The notes under the pieces: model-generated
Databases searched by the model: none
The model's input: only the letters and a program-made list of their open reading frames with translations
What the model was told of the DNA's origin: nothing
Source: Raillietiella orientalis
Lineage: Eukaryota
Assembly (NCBI GenBank): GCA_036172245.1
Contig: JAYWIR010000001.1
Span: 11,222,001-11,286,000, forward strand
Direction of reading: 5' to 3'
DNA: 64,000 bases
Shown here: piece after piece, positions 12,480 to 24,857 of the stretch
How positions within the stretch are numbered: position 1 is the first letter of the stretch
Layout of the letters: every line of letters begins with the position of its first letter
Position numbers and translations under genes: made by a program

Positions 12480-15468
12480 CTCGCCTCCCCTTGACCAACA
12501 TCCCCCCTCCTCCCTCGGGGGAGGGAAACGAGAGACCTTCCTCCCCGAGCCGGTCCCGTTGCAGCTCAAACGCCGCGCCCCCTTCGCCTAGGCGACGGGC
12601 GGCCCAAGGAGGCAGGGAGGGTGTCACTACTCTCTGAGTGCCCTCGCGGACGGGCGGGCAGTCGCCGGCGGCTCGTGGCCGCTACGCAACCGACGGGCGA
12701 GGCTATCCGCCCTCCCTTAGGCAAGAGGCGTCCGCCCTAGCAGTCCCTTCAAGACGAGCAGGGGAACGAGGGCTGGCGCCCTCGAGTGCCCTCTCACCCT
12801 GCGGTCCTGCCCCTCCTTCCTCTCGGTGGACATCGCTTAAGCGAGCACGGGAGGGCAGGACATACCCCTCTCCCAAGGATTCCTCGGGGGCGCGGCACGC
12901 TGGCCGACGGCCGACCACTCCCGCTCATGGGAAGGGCTGCGGGAAAAGGGCCGAACCACGTCCCTCCTCATTCCCTTCGCTTATTTCACTGCTCTCCACT
13001 CCGTGTGCACAAAACAGCGCTGACTTCGAGGGCCAGAGGGCTCCCAGACGCCCTGGCCGAGAGCCGGCGACCCGTCGGCTGGATCGGCGGAGTGGGCAGC
13101 TCGCGGACTCCTTTCCCGTCGACCCCTTATTCCCGCGAGGGTGGGCGGGGCTCCGAGGGGCGAAATTCTGCAGGACAGACTCCCAGGGATCTACGCAGCT
13201 CGTCCCTCCCCTCCCCCCTTGCGGGGCGGCGAGCGGCTCGCTCTGCCCCCGAGGGGCGAGGCAAGGAGGCCCATTGCTGGCGCTTGGAGGCGGAAGCGGT
13301 TCCCTGTCTTCCTACTCCTTCTGAGGAGGCGGGACCACGTGACACTCAGACGACCTCGCACTGACTTCCTGCCATTCCTCCCCGAGTGCCCTCGAAGGAC
13401 CGTCCTGTTGGTCGGGGGTCGCCAGAGTTTCCTCGGGGGCGGGAGGGAGCGCACCAGCAAGAAGCCACCCCCCATTCCCATCCTCCATGAAGAAGCACCG
13501 GAGGTCACGGCCGAACGGTGCTGCGGAAGAGTAGTAGGGCAAGAGAAGGGAAGTGTCAGATCCGAGGACACCCCGCCAAGGCCACGAGGTGGACGTTCTC
13601 CTGCCCGAGAGGCTCGCGCTACGAGGGCAACTCTTCGGGCCCGGAGATGCACCCCGGGGAGCATCTCAGGTAAGCATCTGCAGTGTCCTCAGCCCGGAGC
13701 AGCTCGAGAGCGCCGGGGCTGCATGCGCGCTTCCCTTCGCCCCGGGGCAGCATGCATCCTCTCCCCCGACCTGATTGGTGAACACCGAAACCCACTCTCC
13801 CACCTCCTCTGGAAGGGGTGACGGCAAGACAGAAACTCTCCGTGGCGACCAACCCCCTTGCCGACCCCGTATCCGTGGTAACAGACCTCCTTCCAGAAGA
13901 TGGAAGGGGTGCAGACGGTAGGCGCGGCGTCCCTCCCGCGTGGGCCGCTCCTACTCTCCGCCTGACCCCGCCCCCTCTCGAGAAGAGGGCGCCTTTTAGA
14001 GGAAAACTCGGGCCTCTCATGGGAGGGGGTGGGGCTTAAGAGGGATCCTCGACCTCCCATCCACGGCTCACCTCGGGAACTGCTCGGCACGCGGGAGGCG
14101 GAGAAGCCGCTGGAGCGCCGCCTCGCCCTCGAGCCGTGACAATGACGTCAGTGCCTACAGCGGTCGGCCACGCGTGACCTCTGGGGGCACCCGTCTCTTC
14201 GCCTTGGTGTCCTTGACCGGTGCCACCTTGACCTCTCCACGAACCCTTCGCCGACAGCGAGAGGTCGAAGGCGCTGTCGCAGGGGAAACGCCCATCCCCT
14301 TGCGCCAACACCGAAGGGCTCACCCACTGTGCCACTGCCGAAGGGCACACTCATCCCGGAGCTGTCAGCAGCAGCAGCCCTACGCACGGGAAGTTCAGGG
14401 AGAGGAGCAGGGTCAGCGAGAATGACTCCCCGGGATCGGCATCGTCCTCCCCTCCTGTTGACCAACCTACGCTCTCGGGAAAAACGCCTTCCGGCACGAG
14501 AGGTCGGCTCCCCCAGCCGCATACACGGGCTGCCGTTGGACGCAGGCTCGAAGAGAGGTTCCGGAAGCCCCGGGCCTTCCCCATTGCGACGAGCCCTGTT
14601 GGAACCTCTCGCCCCTACACCGCCTCTTGGCCAACCCCCGAGCACGGGTGGTCTTCCCCCGAGGGGAGCAACGCCTGGCAGGGCTCAGAGGGAGCCTGTC
14701 GGGAGCTCTGGTGGTCGGACACCGCCGTTGCAGGAAGAGTGTCAGTAGCGCTGTGAAAAGCGAAAAGCCTGCGCTCTTAGGTAGACGCTGGGGCTTCCAT
14801 GGTCTTCCAGCACCTGGGATCTTGCCGGCCTCGAGAGGACGGGGCTACCCACTGGGCGCGTCCTTCGCTTCCCCTCTTACTCCTGCCCATTGTCCACTCA
14901 CTCAGTCGAGGCGAGCCTGAGACGGGGGCCCCACAGATCCCCCCCGTTCGCTGGACTTCTCTCGTCGTTTCTTCACGTCTTCTGGAGGAGGGAGCGAGGT
15001 GTCCATAGAGTATGTGGAGATCCCCAATGCGCAGCAAGGTGCCCGGACACCGCTTTTCCCCTCCTCCTCCCTCCTTTTTCCCTTCTGCCTTCTCCTCCCT
15101 TCCTCCTTCTCTTCTTACCTTCCTCCTTTTTCTCATCCTCCCTTTCTCCGTTTCCCGCCCATCTCATGAAAGAGTCCGAGAAGAGGGAGAGTGGACAAGG
15201 GACGACGACGACGAGTGCAGTGCCGGGTACTCTGCCTATCCGCCCTTAGGCAGGAGGGGGCGCTCCCTCGCGCTCTTACAGTCTTCCGGTCCTCAGAAAG
15301 CGCGAGATCTTTCTCCTGGAGTTCGCGCTCGCGAGCAGCCGCGTGGGGACGCGAGGGCGAGTTTTGCCTCTGTCCTCATTCCGCAACAGATGCCTTCGTC
15401 ACCTAAAGGCAAGTTTCCTGGTGCAACTTGCCCTTAGGCCCTCTTCTTCCTCCTCCTCCTACAGCAGC

Positions 15469-15657
15469 AGAAGGAGGAAGAAGAGGAGAAGAAGGAAGAG
15501 GAAGGGAAGAAGAGGTGGAAAGGGAGGAAGCGGAAGAGGTGGAAAAGGGAGTTTTAGAGTGAAGGAGGAAGGGAGGAAGTGGAAGAGTAATGAGTAAGAA
15601 AAGAAGGTGGAAGGAAGAAAAAGAAGAGGGAGAAAAAGAGTAGAGGGAGAGAGGTGG
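15469..15657. repeat. Polypurine (GA-rich) low-complexity tract
   Basis: About 190 nt of almost only G/A on the + strand (GGAAGA/GAAG variants). Confidence 0.9.
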
Positions 15658-17337
15658 TCCTCCGAAAATCAATGCTTCCCCAGTCTCGGTCACTCTCAGG
15701 AGGACCCAAGCGGCGTCACTCACAGGAAGATACTCGCGTTCTCCTCTGCCGAGGGCACGCTGCCGCATCCTGCTGTGAACATGTCGGAAGTGGCGGCTTT
15801 TTTGCGGTGGTGTGCGCCTCAGGAGTTCACCGAAGGAACCCTCGGCCCAGCAGTGGGACTGTCAAAACTGCAAGAGGGGCCACCTTCTCCGAACCTTTGC
15901 TCGGGGCCCGCCTTCAGCCTCTGATCGTCCCCTTTTCCCCTCCTCTTTCGGGAAGACTCAGGGAAGCCGGCATCTCAACCCGAAGGGCCGGCAGATGACG
16001 GATCCCTCGAGAACGCCCGCCTTGTCGACGGCGGCCCCGCTCTCGACCGCATCGCCTCGCGCCCTCAAGCTTCGCGAGCTCCTTCCTGAACGACCCTCGA
16101 TGTCGTGACCTCCTTGTCGGGAAGTGCGCCCCACCTCGAAACGCGAATGTCCACTGGAAACCGCCACTGCCGCTCCTTGCCTCCCGGACGCGGGTGTTCC
16201 CCAGCGGCACCGCGGGTCCCCGACGCTTGGCTCACCTTGGGGCACACTTCCTTGCTCCCGCCTTTCGCGCCCTCCCCCCTCCCGTGTCTTTCCTGAAGGC
16301 TGGAACTCCCGCCGAGGAGAGGAAATCCCGCTCCCAATTCCTGCCACCGTCTCCTTGCGCGCGGGGTCGGGACACTCCCTCAGAGGGAAGATGAGGAGGA
16401 GGAAGAAGGGAGGAAGAGGACGAAGGACGAGCAAGGGAGTCACACCTGCCGGCGCCAAGACGACGGAGACTCCGGAAGGCGAGGGCGAAGCCTGACGGGA
16501 GGATCCGGGAGTGGGGGAGTGCGGACACACCTCCCTCCTTCGCCTGAGGGCTGAGAAGGACCGACGACCAGGGCGGGGCGTCCTTGGGCGGCGGTTTCCG
16601 GTCGTTTCCTTCACTTCCGTGCGAGAGGGGCAGGCAGGTTTCCGGAAGATTCTCGCACGGGTGCGCTCTTGCGCGGGCAGAGACAGGGGAGGGGAGGAGG
16701 GAAGAAGGCGTACGGGGAAGCTCCCCATCCCCTTCAGAGTTCTTGCGAGAAATGCCATCAGAACGAAGGCCGAGGTCGGCGCTTTGGTCTTCTGCGGCGG
16801 CGTGAGCGAGAGGGGGGCGGCGGCGGCTGCAGGGGAGACCGCAGCCAGAACTTTCTGAAGACACCGAACCTCCCGGCTAGTTTTTGCCGCCTGGTTCGTC
16901 TTCGTGGATACTTCCGGCACGGACCGCTTGCTAATGATGCGCTATGATGGATTCGTGCGTAGCCGCGAAAGACCTTATCGACGGCGCCCGGACTCGCTGG
17001 CAGGAACGACTGCCTCATCCATTTATCATTAAACGCAATTTGGAGCTTTCCTTCCCGGAAGACAGAAGAGAAAAATGAAGGAAAGCCACAATTCCCTTGG
17101 GCATGGCGCCGCTGGCAGTTTTTCTTAGCGTCCTCCAAGACCTTCAAGAGCTTCCCCTGCCCTCCCCTTTTTTTCTTTTTTTTCCCCCTTCTTCTTCTCG
17201 TCCTTCTCAACTTCTTGCTGCATCTCCTCCCTTCCTCTCTCCGCCTGCCCGTGGATCGCGGGAACTCACGGAACCTGGAGACACCTCCGAAGCGGCAATG
17301 GAAGTTGACTGTACTTCCTCTTCCCCCTCCCTCCCTT

Positions 17338-17476
17338 CTTCCGTCCTGGAGAGCCTAGGCGGCAACTGAGCTGGAAATGACTCCCCCATCTCCTCGGGAA
17401 GAGCGAAGAACCGTGCCTGGGATCAGGGAAGTCCATGAAACCCATCAGGATGCGGAAGAGAGAAAGCCGCTGTCCC
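17338..17476 (+). repeat. Dispersed ~140-bp repeat, copy A
   Basis: Shares colinear blocks with 24697-24857: TAGGYGGCRACTKAGCTG, CCTCGGGAAGA, GAACCRTGCMTGGRATCAGGGAAGTCCATGAAA, CAGGA, GCTGTCCC. Confidence 0.8.
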
Positions 17477-19751
17477 TTCGCGTTCCTTCCTTGAGAAGAC
17501 CCCAGAAGAGCAGACGAGACGATATATTCGGGCCTTCTCTCAACCTACGTTTCCTCCTTAGCACATCCCTCACCCCCTTCTTCGCTACTTCTTCCCCCAT
17601 AGCTGATCCCTTTGCCACCCTCCCTATCTCGGCTCGATCACCGGAAGTACTCGTAAGGAGCGGTGCGACGGGAAAGCTGTCGCCGTGGCTGGGCATCCCG
17701 GGTGTTCCTGGAGTCCTCGTGGAGTGCAACGGGAGAACCCACCCACGAGGGCGGCGCCGACGCTGCACGGAGCAGTGGGCGCGTCTCCGCAGGGGCGACC
17801 CGAGAGGGAAAGCGGGGAGCGTCCGTGGCTTCCCGGAAACCGGAAGAGGCGTCGCCGCTGGGGCGAGCAGCGGGGGAATGCGGTGTCTTGCGCTCCCGTC
17901 CGAGAGAGACGCGGAGGGGCGAGCGAGTGGTCCAGAGGATGGACGGAAGAGAGAGAAACAAGCGAGGAGTCTGGAGCACCTCAGTCTCAGGGAGACCGGT
18001 CCTTTGTTTCGGGGTCTCTGGGAAGGGGACGCAACCAGACCACGTCCTACGACCCTGGCGCGCTTTTGAGCGCGTCTTTTTCCTCTGTGCCTTCCCCAGA
18101 GGAAGGGGTGAACCCATGAGCCTGGGATCGTCTCGCGGTGTTTCCGGCTTCCCTGTGGTCTCCCGCGCTGGAGCACAGCATCGTCATCTCTGCAACACAC
18201 TTTTGAGTGAGTGGAAAACGTCGGTCTGTGGCCTCAGACTTAGCTCCATGTAGGTCGGCGGCGTCTTCGCCGACTCTGATGTCTCTCGCGAGCTAGCTCG
18301 CGCGCACGCGCATGTCCGTCTTTTCTGCCCGCCTTTTTTTCTTCTTCCTTTTTTTGCTCCTGGTCGCAGATGCGCGCTTTGCCACCCTGGAGCGCCAGGG
18401 AGAACCCCGAGCATGAGTCGCCGCCCCCAGACACTATTGGGAGGCCGAATCAGGGGTGATTTTCCCTGCCAAAGGGCATCGGGCCCGAAGAGTTTGTTCC
18501 CGAGAAAAGGTGCGTCAGGAGCCCGTGTGTTCCCTTCGGCGCCGCGAGGTTGCCCTCCCAACTCCGCTTCCAGCCGTTCGACTGCGCCCCCCTCCCCAGT
18601 CAAGGACCGTTCTCGGCGTGGCAACGCCGGGGAACGGTCGTCGCCGCCACGTTTGGCTCTCTCGCGGCGTCGAAATGCTGCGGACCCCTCAGGGCCATCT
18701 TCTCCCTCCCCCGCTTTCCCCCAGAGGGCCGGCAGTCGGCTCCTCCTTCCCAAGGTTTCCTCCTTCCCTCCTGTCATGACGCGCGCGCGCCGAGTCGCAA
18801 CCTCCCCGTTGCTGCTCCCGGACGCTCCCTTGCCCTCGCGCCCTTCCAGACGTTGCCACGGGGAGAGAAAGAGGGGGAAAAGTCACGCGGCTGTTCAGTG
18901 GCGCTCCTAGAAGAGCGCTCCGAAGGAGCGTGGCGGGAGGGAGGAAGTGTTCACGAGCTCCCCTCTCCGACCCGCACACGCTCCGAGGGCGGCTCCCAAC
19001 AGCGGATCGCTCGGCTGGCCATGTTCTCAGTGGTCATTGGGAACGCGCCGGTTCTCCTGCCGCACCGATGCTCTCGGGAACGAACTCCTCGGACCCGACG
19101 CCCTTCCGCCTGAGACCACCCCTGACTCAGCCTCCCTTGGGTGGACCAAGCCTCCCACGAACGGACCCTAAAAGTTCGTTTTATCCCGATGCCCAATCAG
19201 GATGGCAGCGGCGTCCGTTCTGAGGCAGAACGGGAAAGAAAGGGCAAAGGGAAGAGCCCCCTGCAGCGGACTCCGGAATTTCAGGGAAACGCGCGGGCGA
19301 ACGGTCGGGAGAGGGCTCTCGGAGGGTGTCAGCTGCTGGAGTGGCTCCACCCTCTTGGTGCAGTAATCACAAGCTTGGGGTGTCTCCAAGGAAGCTCCCT
19401 CGCTCCTCCGCTTGCCCTCCGTCGCCAGTCCGCCGGCCCTCTCGCTGCTCCGCTGGGAGGCCGCGCAGGACTTCCGCGACGTCTTTTGGGACTCCCGCTC
19501 TCCAGTTTGCGGTGGCATCGGCTCCACGAGGAAGGAGAGGCGCCAAGAGTGACCCAAGCTCCTCCCGCCGCGCTCGGAAGCTGCAGACCAAGTGCGGGCG
19601 CGTCTCTCCCCATCGGCCGGCCGGCCGGGCGGCGACCGCTTGAGGATCGTCAGCGCGTCTAGCAACGGGACGGGCGCGGGACCGCGAAATCCGGACCCCT
19701 TCCGAAAATCCAGTCTTTTCTTCTGCGGGCCCTTGCTGAAAGGAAGGCCTG

Positions 19752-19962
19752 CGTTGGCGACCCGTGTGGCTATGGGCCGTGTGGCACCAAGCGTAGCGGG
19801 TTCGATTCGTGTCCATGGAAGATCGAGAACGATGGGTGCGTTTGGAGTTTCGAGTCTCCCTTGCAGGATGGCACTGGTTGACCCACAGATTTTGGGTGCA
19901 GTACTGATGAAAGTCGGAAGTCCCCGGATGCTCCCGTTGACTGGCCGGGATTGGAAGTTGAC
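19752..19962 (+). mobile_element. tRNA-derived SINE-like element, copy 1 (more decayed)
   Basis: Aligns colinearly (roughly 70% by eye) with 40051-40265; contains B-box-like GGGTTCGATTC and a second GTTTCGAGTC. Ends approximate; no clear TSD seen. Confidence 0.6.
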
Positions 19963-22782
19963 GCTCCGGGGTCCTTCCAGAAACCAAGAATCCGGTTCCA
20001 TTCGGGGTTTTCCTCCGGTTGTGAAAATGGAACCTTTCGTGGACCCTTCATCGCGTACCATGGAGCTGGTTGATACTCCCTTAGGGGGTTTGCCTTACCA
20101 GAATGTTAAGAAGCGCGCTGTTCCCTTAGGGGAGCGTTCTTCAGAGAAGTTGGGAAGCGGCTCTTCGAAGTTCTCTTCAGAAGAGTAACAAGGAGCAGTT
20201 CCTTTGCAAGTTTCCTCCGGAAAAGACATTCAGGAGCGGATCCTTTCTAGATTCCCTTCGGAGTAGAAACGACGAGTGGCTCCTACAAATCGGCTAATGG
20301 GGCTGCTTCTCCAGAGTGTCAGCAGCACGCTGTTCCCTTCGGGGATTAAAAAAAGAAAAGAAAGACCCACGTCCTTGAGTCGAAACCGCCCCCAGAGTTT
20401 CGTTCTTGGGCACTCAGGAGGAAGGACCTAGGGAGGAGATGCCTTGCGACCTCGTCGTCTGGTACTCGGCGATTGAGAAGGATATCTCCGCGTAACACTT
20501 CGGCCTTCGGTTCCAGCGAAGAGACGGCCACGCGTATGTGTGCGGGGCAAGAAGAAGTCGGAGGAGTGCATCCTGCCCGCATCCTCGGATCCGCGAAGTC
20601 AGAGCGGACCGCCGCCTACAGGGATGTTCGCTGGATGCGGGGTGGAGTCCACCGCGCACAACTGACGGCGGAAATGTAGCACCCTCCGAAGCTATAAGCA
20701 CGCGGCATGCCTACAGCGTCGCCCCATTTCCCCCCTTCCCTTTCCCCCGTCCCAGCTGCCGTCTCGCTCCAATCGAACGAGCCTACACCTCGGAAGACGG
20801 TCCTCCGCGGTTGTGGCCCACCTGAAGAACGAACAACTCTCTTAGCGAATACGAAGGCGAGTTCCCGTGACCTCATTAATCACAATTCGCTTCCCTGCCA
20901 CTTGCCCCCCATTCCAGACGATTCCCGCCTCGGCCGGATTCCTTTCCCTCCGCGTGTCCGGGCAGCCGTTCGCTTTCCTCCCGATCTCGGCCTCCCCGAT
21001 GGGGTTCGCTCCCGCGACCCTTCCCCCGTCACCTGATGCTTTCGCAGAGCCCGTATGATCGATAATCCCTTCCGCCATCCCCATTAATCACCGCGAATCC
21101 GAAATTCCAGTTTAATCGCTGCGGCCAGACGCTCGATTCATTTATTTTGCCTCCTTTCTTCCTTTCCTTTTGCCTCCTTTTCTAATGGAGATTCTTCCTC
21201 GGTGACGTCAGCGAGTAGAAGAGTCAAGTCGCGTTCGCCTTTTGGTGGCGGCCCGAAAAAACCCACCGCTATCGCCGCTCCCCGTCCTGTCTGGACACTT
21301 CTGTTCACCGCCGACACCATCCCGCGTTTCGGGAGCGCTCCCCACGCGGCCACCCCGGGTAGCCTCTTTCCTTTCCCGGGAGTCAGCTTCCCGTTTTTCC
21401 CTGGTTCCCCCCTCCCTGCTTTCGTCGCCAGGGAATCATTCCCGAGCATTCCGGATGCAACGCCCAGGAATGGCCTAGCGTCCAATTCCTTTCGGTCCGA
21501 ATTTTTCAGGCGGAAGAGGAACCGGAAGCAGACGAGGCCATGCCAGCCGGCGCCTCTAGAAACTCGCGGCCCAGATGCCAGGCACCCCTGGAAACGGCAC
21601 GTCTCCTTCCCCAGCCGAATGCGGGTTCCGGTACGAGATCCGCTTCGCGGTCGCTGGGACGGCTACCCCCAGTCGGAGAAAGTGACCGGATTCCAGGGCC
21701 ACGCAGTACTCTTCGCCATTCTTTCGGATTCGTTTGCTCCCCGATGCTCGCTCTCAGAGAAACTCTTCTCGTGGACAGGTACGGAAAGCAAAGGTGATCA
21801 GCAGGTCAGGCTATCCAAGGAGACGGAAGGAGCGCGGAACTCACCGGTCTGCATAGGGAGAAGGACGAGGAGGAAGAGCCGCTTCCTTCCCAAGAACGCA
21901 ACGCTGCATTCAACGCAGCTCACCGAGACGGCCTTGTCTGTTGCTGCCCATCGACTTTCGCGAACGCTCCCACTTTGGGGGCTCCCCGGCCCCTATCCCA
22001 GGTCTGAGCATCTGAGAGCTGGACGCCCGCTCCATGGGCTCACCCTTTCTTCCCGAAGGTTTTCATCCCACGAGTCGCTCATGAGATTCCTGTCCAAAGG
22101 CAGGTAGCTTTCAGCTGGCGCAATGGAATCCCAAATGCTCCCGAGGGATGCTGATGGCCTCAACAATTCGGAATGAATGCTAAAACGAAAGAGGAAAAGT
22201 CAGCGAAAGGGTGGGAGGTGAGGGGAAGGAGGAAACACGTCAGATGATGGAAACCGGGAAAAAAGGGAGGAAGCGACTGCTCCTCCTTCTATTTCTGGTG
22301 AATGAGAACCGTGATTCAAATCTCTTTTTCTTCATGGGACTCTGACGTTAATGCTCAAATAACAGGATTCCTCATGAGAAAGAACCGAAAACACACACAC
22401 ACGCAAAGAAAGAAAAACGAACACTGCAGTACGCGCATCCTTCCTTTGAGTATTTTTAGACACCTCTACATTTTTTATTTGGAGACGCAAGACCATGCAA
22501 TCAACTTTTTTTTTTTTAGAAATTACTCACACGGAATGAAGAAAATGGTTCTCTTTGTTTAAGCAACGGTGAATTTCCAATTCGCCTTAATTCCCTGCTT
22601 CCTCCTCCGCCTTTCCATTATTCCGACCGACTCGGATGTGTGCCTTGAAACCTGTTGCAAAGGAGTATCGCCACGGATGGTCCGCTTCCTATTTCCTTCG
22701 TTTCCTTCGAATTTCGGATACCCTTCCAGGCCGAAAACCTAAATTCTGGGCCGTTCGCAGCAAATCGAGGAGTCGTGATCAC

Positions 22783-22822
<40 letters not shown>

Positions 22823-24696
22823 GGCGTTCTCCAAGGGAGGACGTCACGGATCGCAACAATGCGACAAATCTAGAAAGTTCCAAGCGGCGTTCTCTGTTTC
22901 TAAGCGTCTCCTGCGCATTGAAGTTTTCTTTTTTCTGTGGAACATGACCTCTTCTTCGCAACATTCCTGAGGTAAATAACAGATTTTTTTTTTTTTTTCT
23001 TCAATAGGCAGGCTAATCAGACAGAGGCGAAATATGTTGATTGACAGTTCAGCACGTTTCCAAGGATACCGAGCGAAGTTGACTGAAAAGAAAATTATCG
23101 AATTTCCCGTCGTTTCGGAGAAACGCTAGACATCTGATGGCCGAGTCACGTACGCAGAGGAGCTGGGGTTTTTCCCGGACCCCGCAACGGTTTTCGACCA
23201 CCGCCGCTCGCTGGAATTCCGCCGGTGTTTGCGACGGGGAAGAAGCCCCGGCTGGAAAATCCCGCCGCGCGCGCAGGAGGTGGAAGAGTAGAGGGAAGGG
23301 GGGGAGGATCAGGAAGCGCGCGCGTGCGTGTGTGCGTGCGTGCCCGGCGGGAGCCGGGGTACCTGGCAGCTTCGTCCCGACGTGTGTGACGTGCGGCCCC
23401 GCAAAGCCGCGGCCGACCGGAAAGACCGGTCCGCTCTCCTCGCAAGTGCCTTCTTTTCATTTCCCTTGGATTTGCCCCGTGCTCCTCCCCTTCCACGCCC
23501 ACCCCCGAGTGTTCCCAAGGAGGGGAAGAACGTTTCCCCGACGGTCCTGGAGAGTCGGTAAAGCGGCGGAAAGGAAGTAGCTCGTGTCCTCATCGTGCGA
23601 GTGTCCGGCGTGCCCCAGCTCTGACCGCTGCTCCGCCCCCCTTTTGCTCCCCCGCGGCAGTTCCTTTTGTCAGCTTCTTTATTTGACTGCTCCGCTGTCG
23701 CGATGATCCCGGAATGGAAAACCGTGAGGAGGCAAGGGGACGTGCCGTCCCATGGCTGTCCGCGGCTCCTGCCTCAGGTGTGTCTTTGCCACCCCTACGT
23801 CGCTGCTCATCACGATCACCACCGCCACGCTCGTTCGGGGAGAACTTCAACGCGTCTCTTAGAGGAGAGTCCGCCTGCAAACGTCGCTACCGCAAGTGCC
23901 AGTCAGGCTCTCGGAGAAAAGGGCATCAGGAGCGCTCCCCCTGACGGGACTCCAGCACCCAAGAGAGAACAGAAAAGTGAAGGAACTCCCCACCACACAC
24001 ACTCCTCCGCACCCTACCCAAAAAAGAGGAAACGACGAAAAAAAAGCACACACACACACACACCACTCAGGAAGAAGGTTGGAGGGAGAGGTCTGGGGTT
24101 CACGTCTCAAAGCAAAGCAGGGGTGAGGGCAGGGAGTGGGGCGCGAGAGAGAGCAAGGTTCGGAGGGCGTCTCTTGTCCCGGACGCGGGACGACCTCCTC
24201 CTGCTACTCCGGAAGAAGGAGGGGAAGCGCTGCTGCTCCTCACGGGTGGTGGCCTCATGACCCAGGATGAAAGGATACCGTGGAAGGTCGCCACGCCACG
24301 TTTCCCTCCTGTTTTTCAACCCTTTTCCACCGCGACCTAGCGGCGGGGGGGGCTACCCCCCATCCAAGCCCCGCCTCCGCGAGGCCCGCGATCGCAGGGT
24401 CAAAAAAAACAACAACCAGAATGCTTGGTCGGCTGGTCGTACCGGGTCACTTGGACGTAGCGACAACTTTTCGCGTTCGGCTTTAAAGATTGGTCTGGTG
24501 GGCCGGAGCTTTGGGGCCTTCGACCGGAAACCGTTTCTGTTTCGCCCCTGCGCTTAAACGGTTCCGTGCTTTCTAAGTTGCAGCACACGGAAGTGCTCTT
24601 CTTCGTGCGCTGGGAAATTCCCCGTACCCGCCCCTACTCCTCCCTTTCTCTTCTTCTTCCTTCCTTCCTTCCTCCTCCTCCTCCTCCTCCTCGTCT

Positions 24697-24857
24697 CTTC
24701 CTCCTCGAGGCGCGTAGGTGGCGACTTAGCTGAAGATGAAGTCGACTTCCCCTCTCCCCCCTCTTCCCCCTCGGGAAGAACAGAGAACCATGCATGGAAT
24801 CAGGGAAGTCCATGAAATCCCACCAGGAAGGTCTGCGCCGCTGGCGCTGCTGTCCCC
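24697..24857 (+). repeat. Dispersed ~160-bp repeat, copy B
   Basis: Direct-orientation homologue of 17338-17476, including the identical ATCAGGGAAGTCCATGAAA. Confidence 0.8.
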
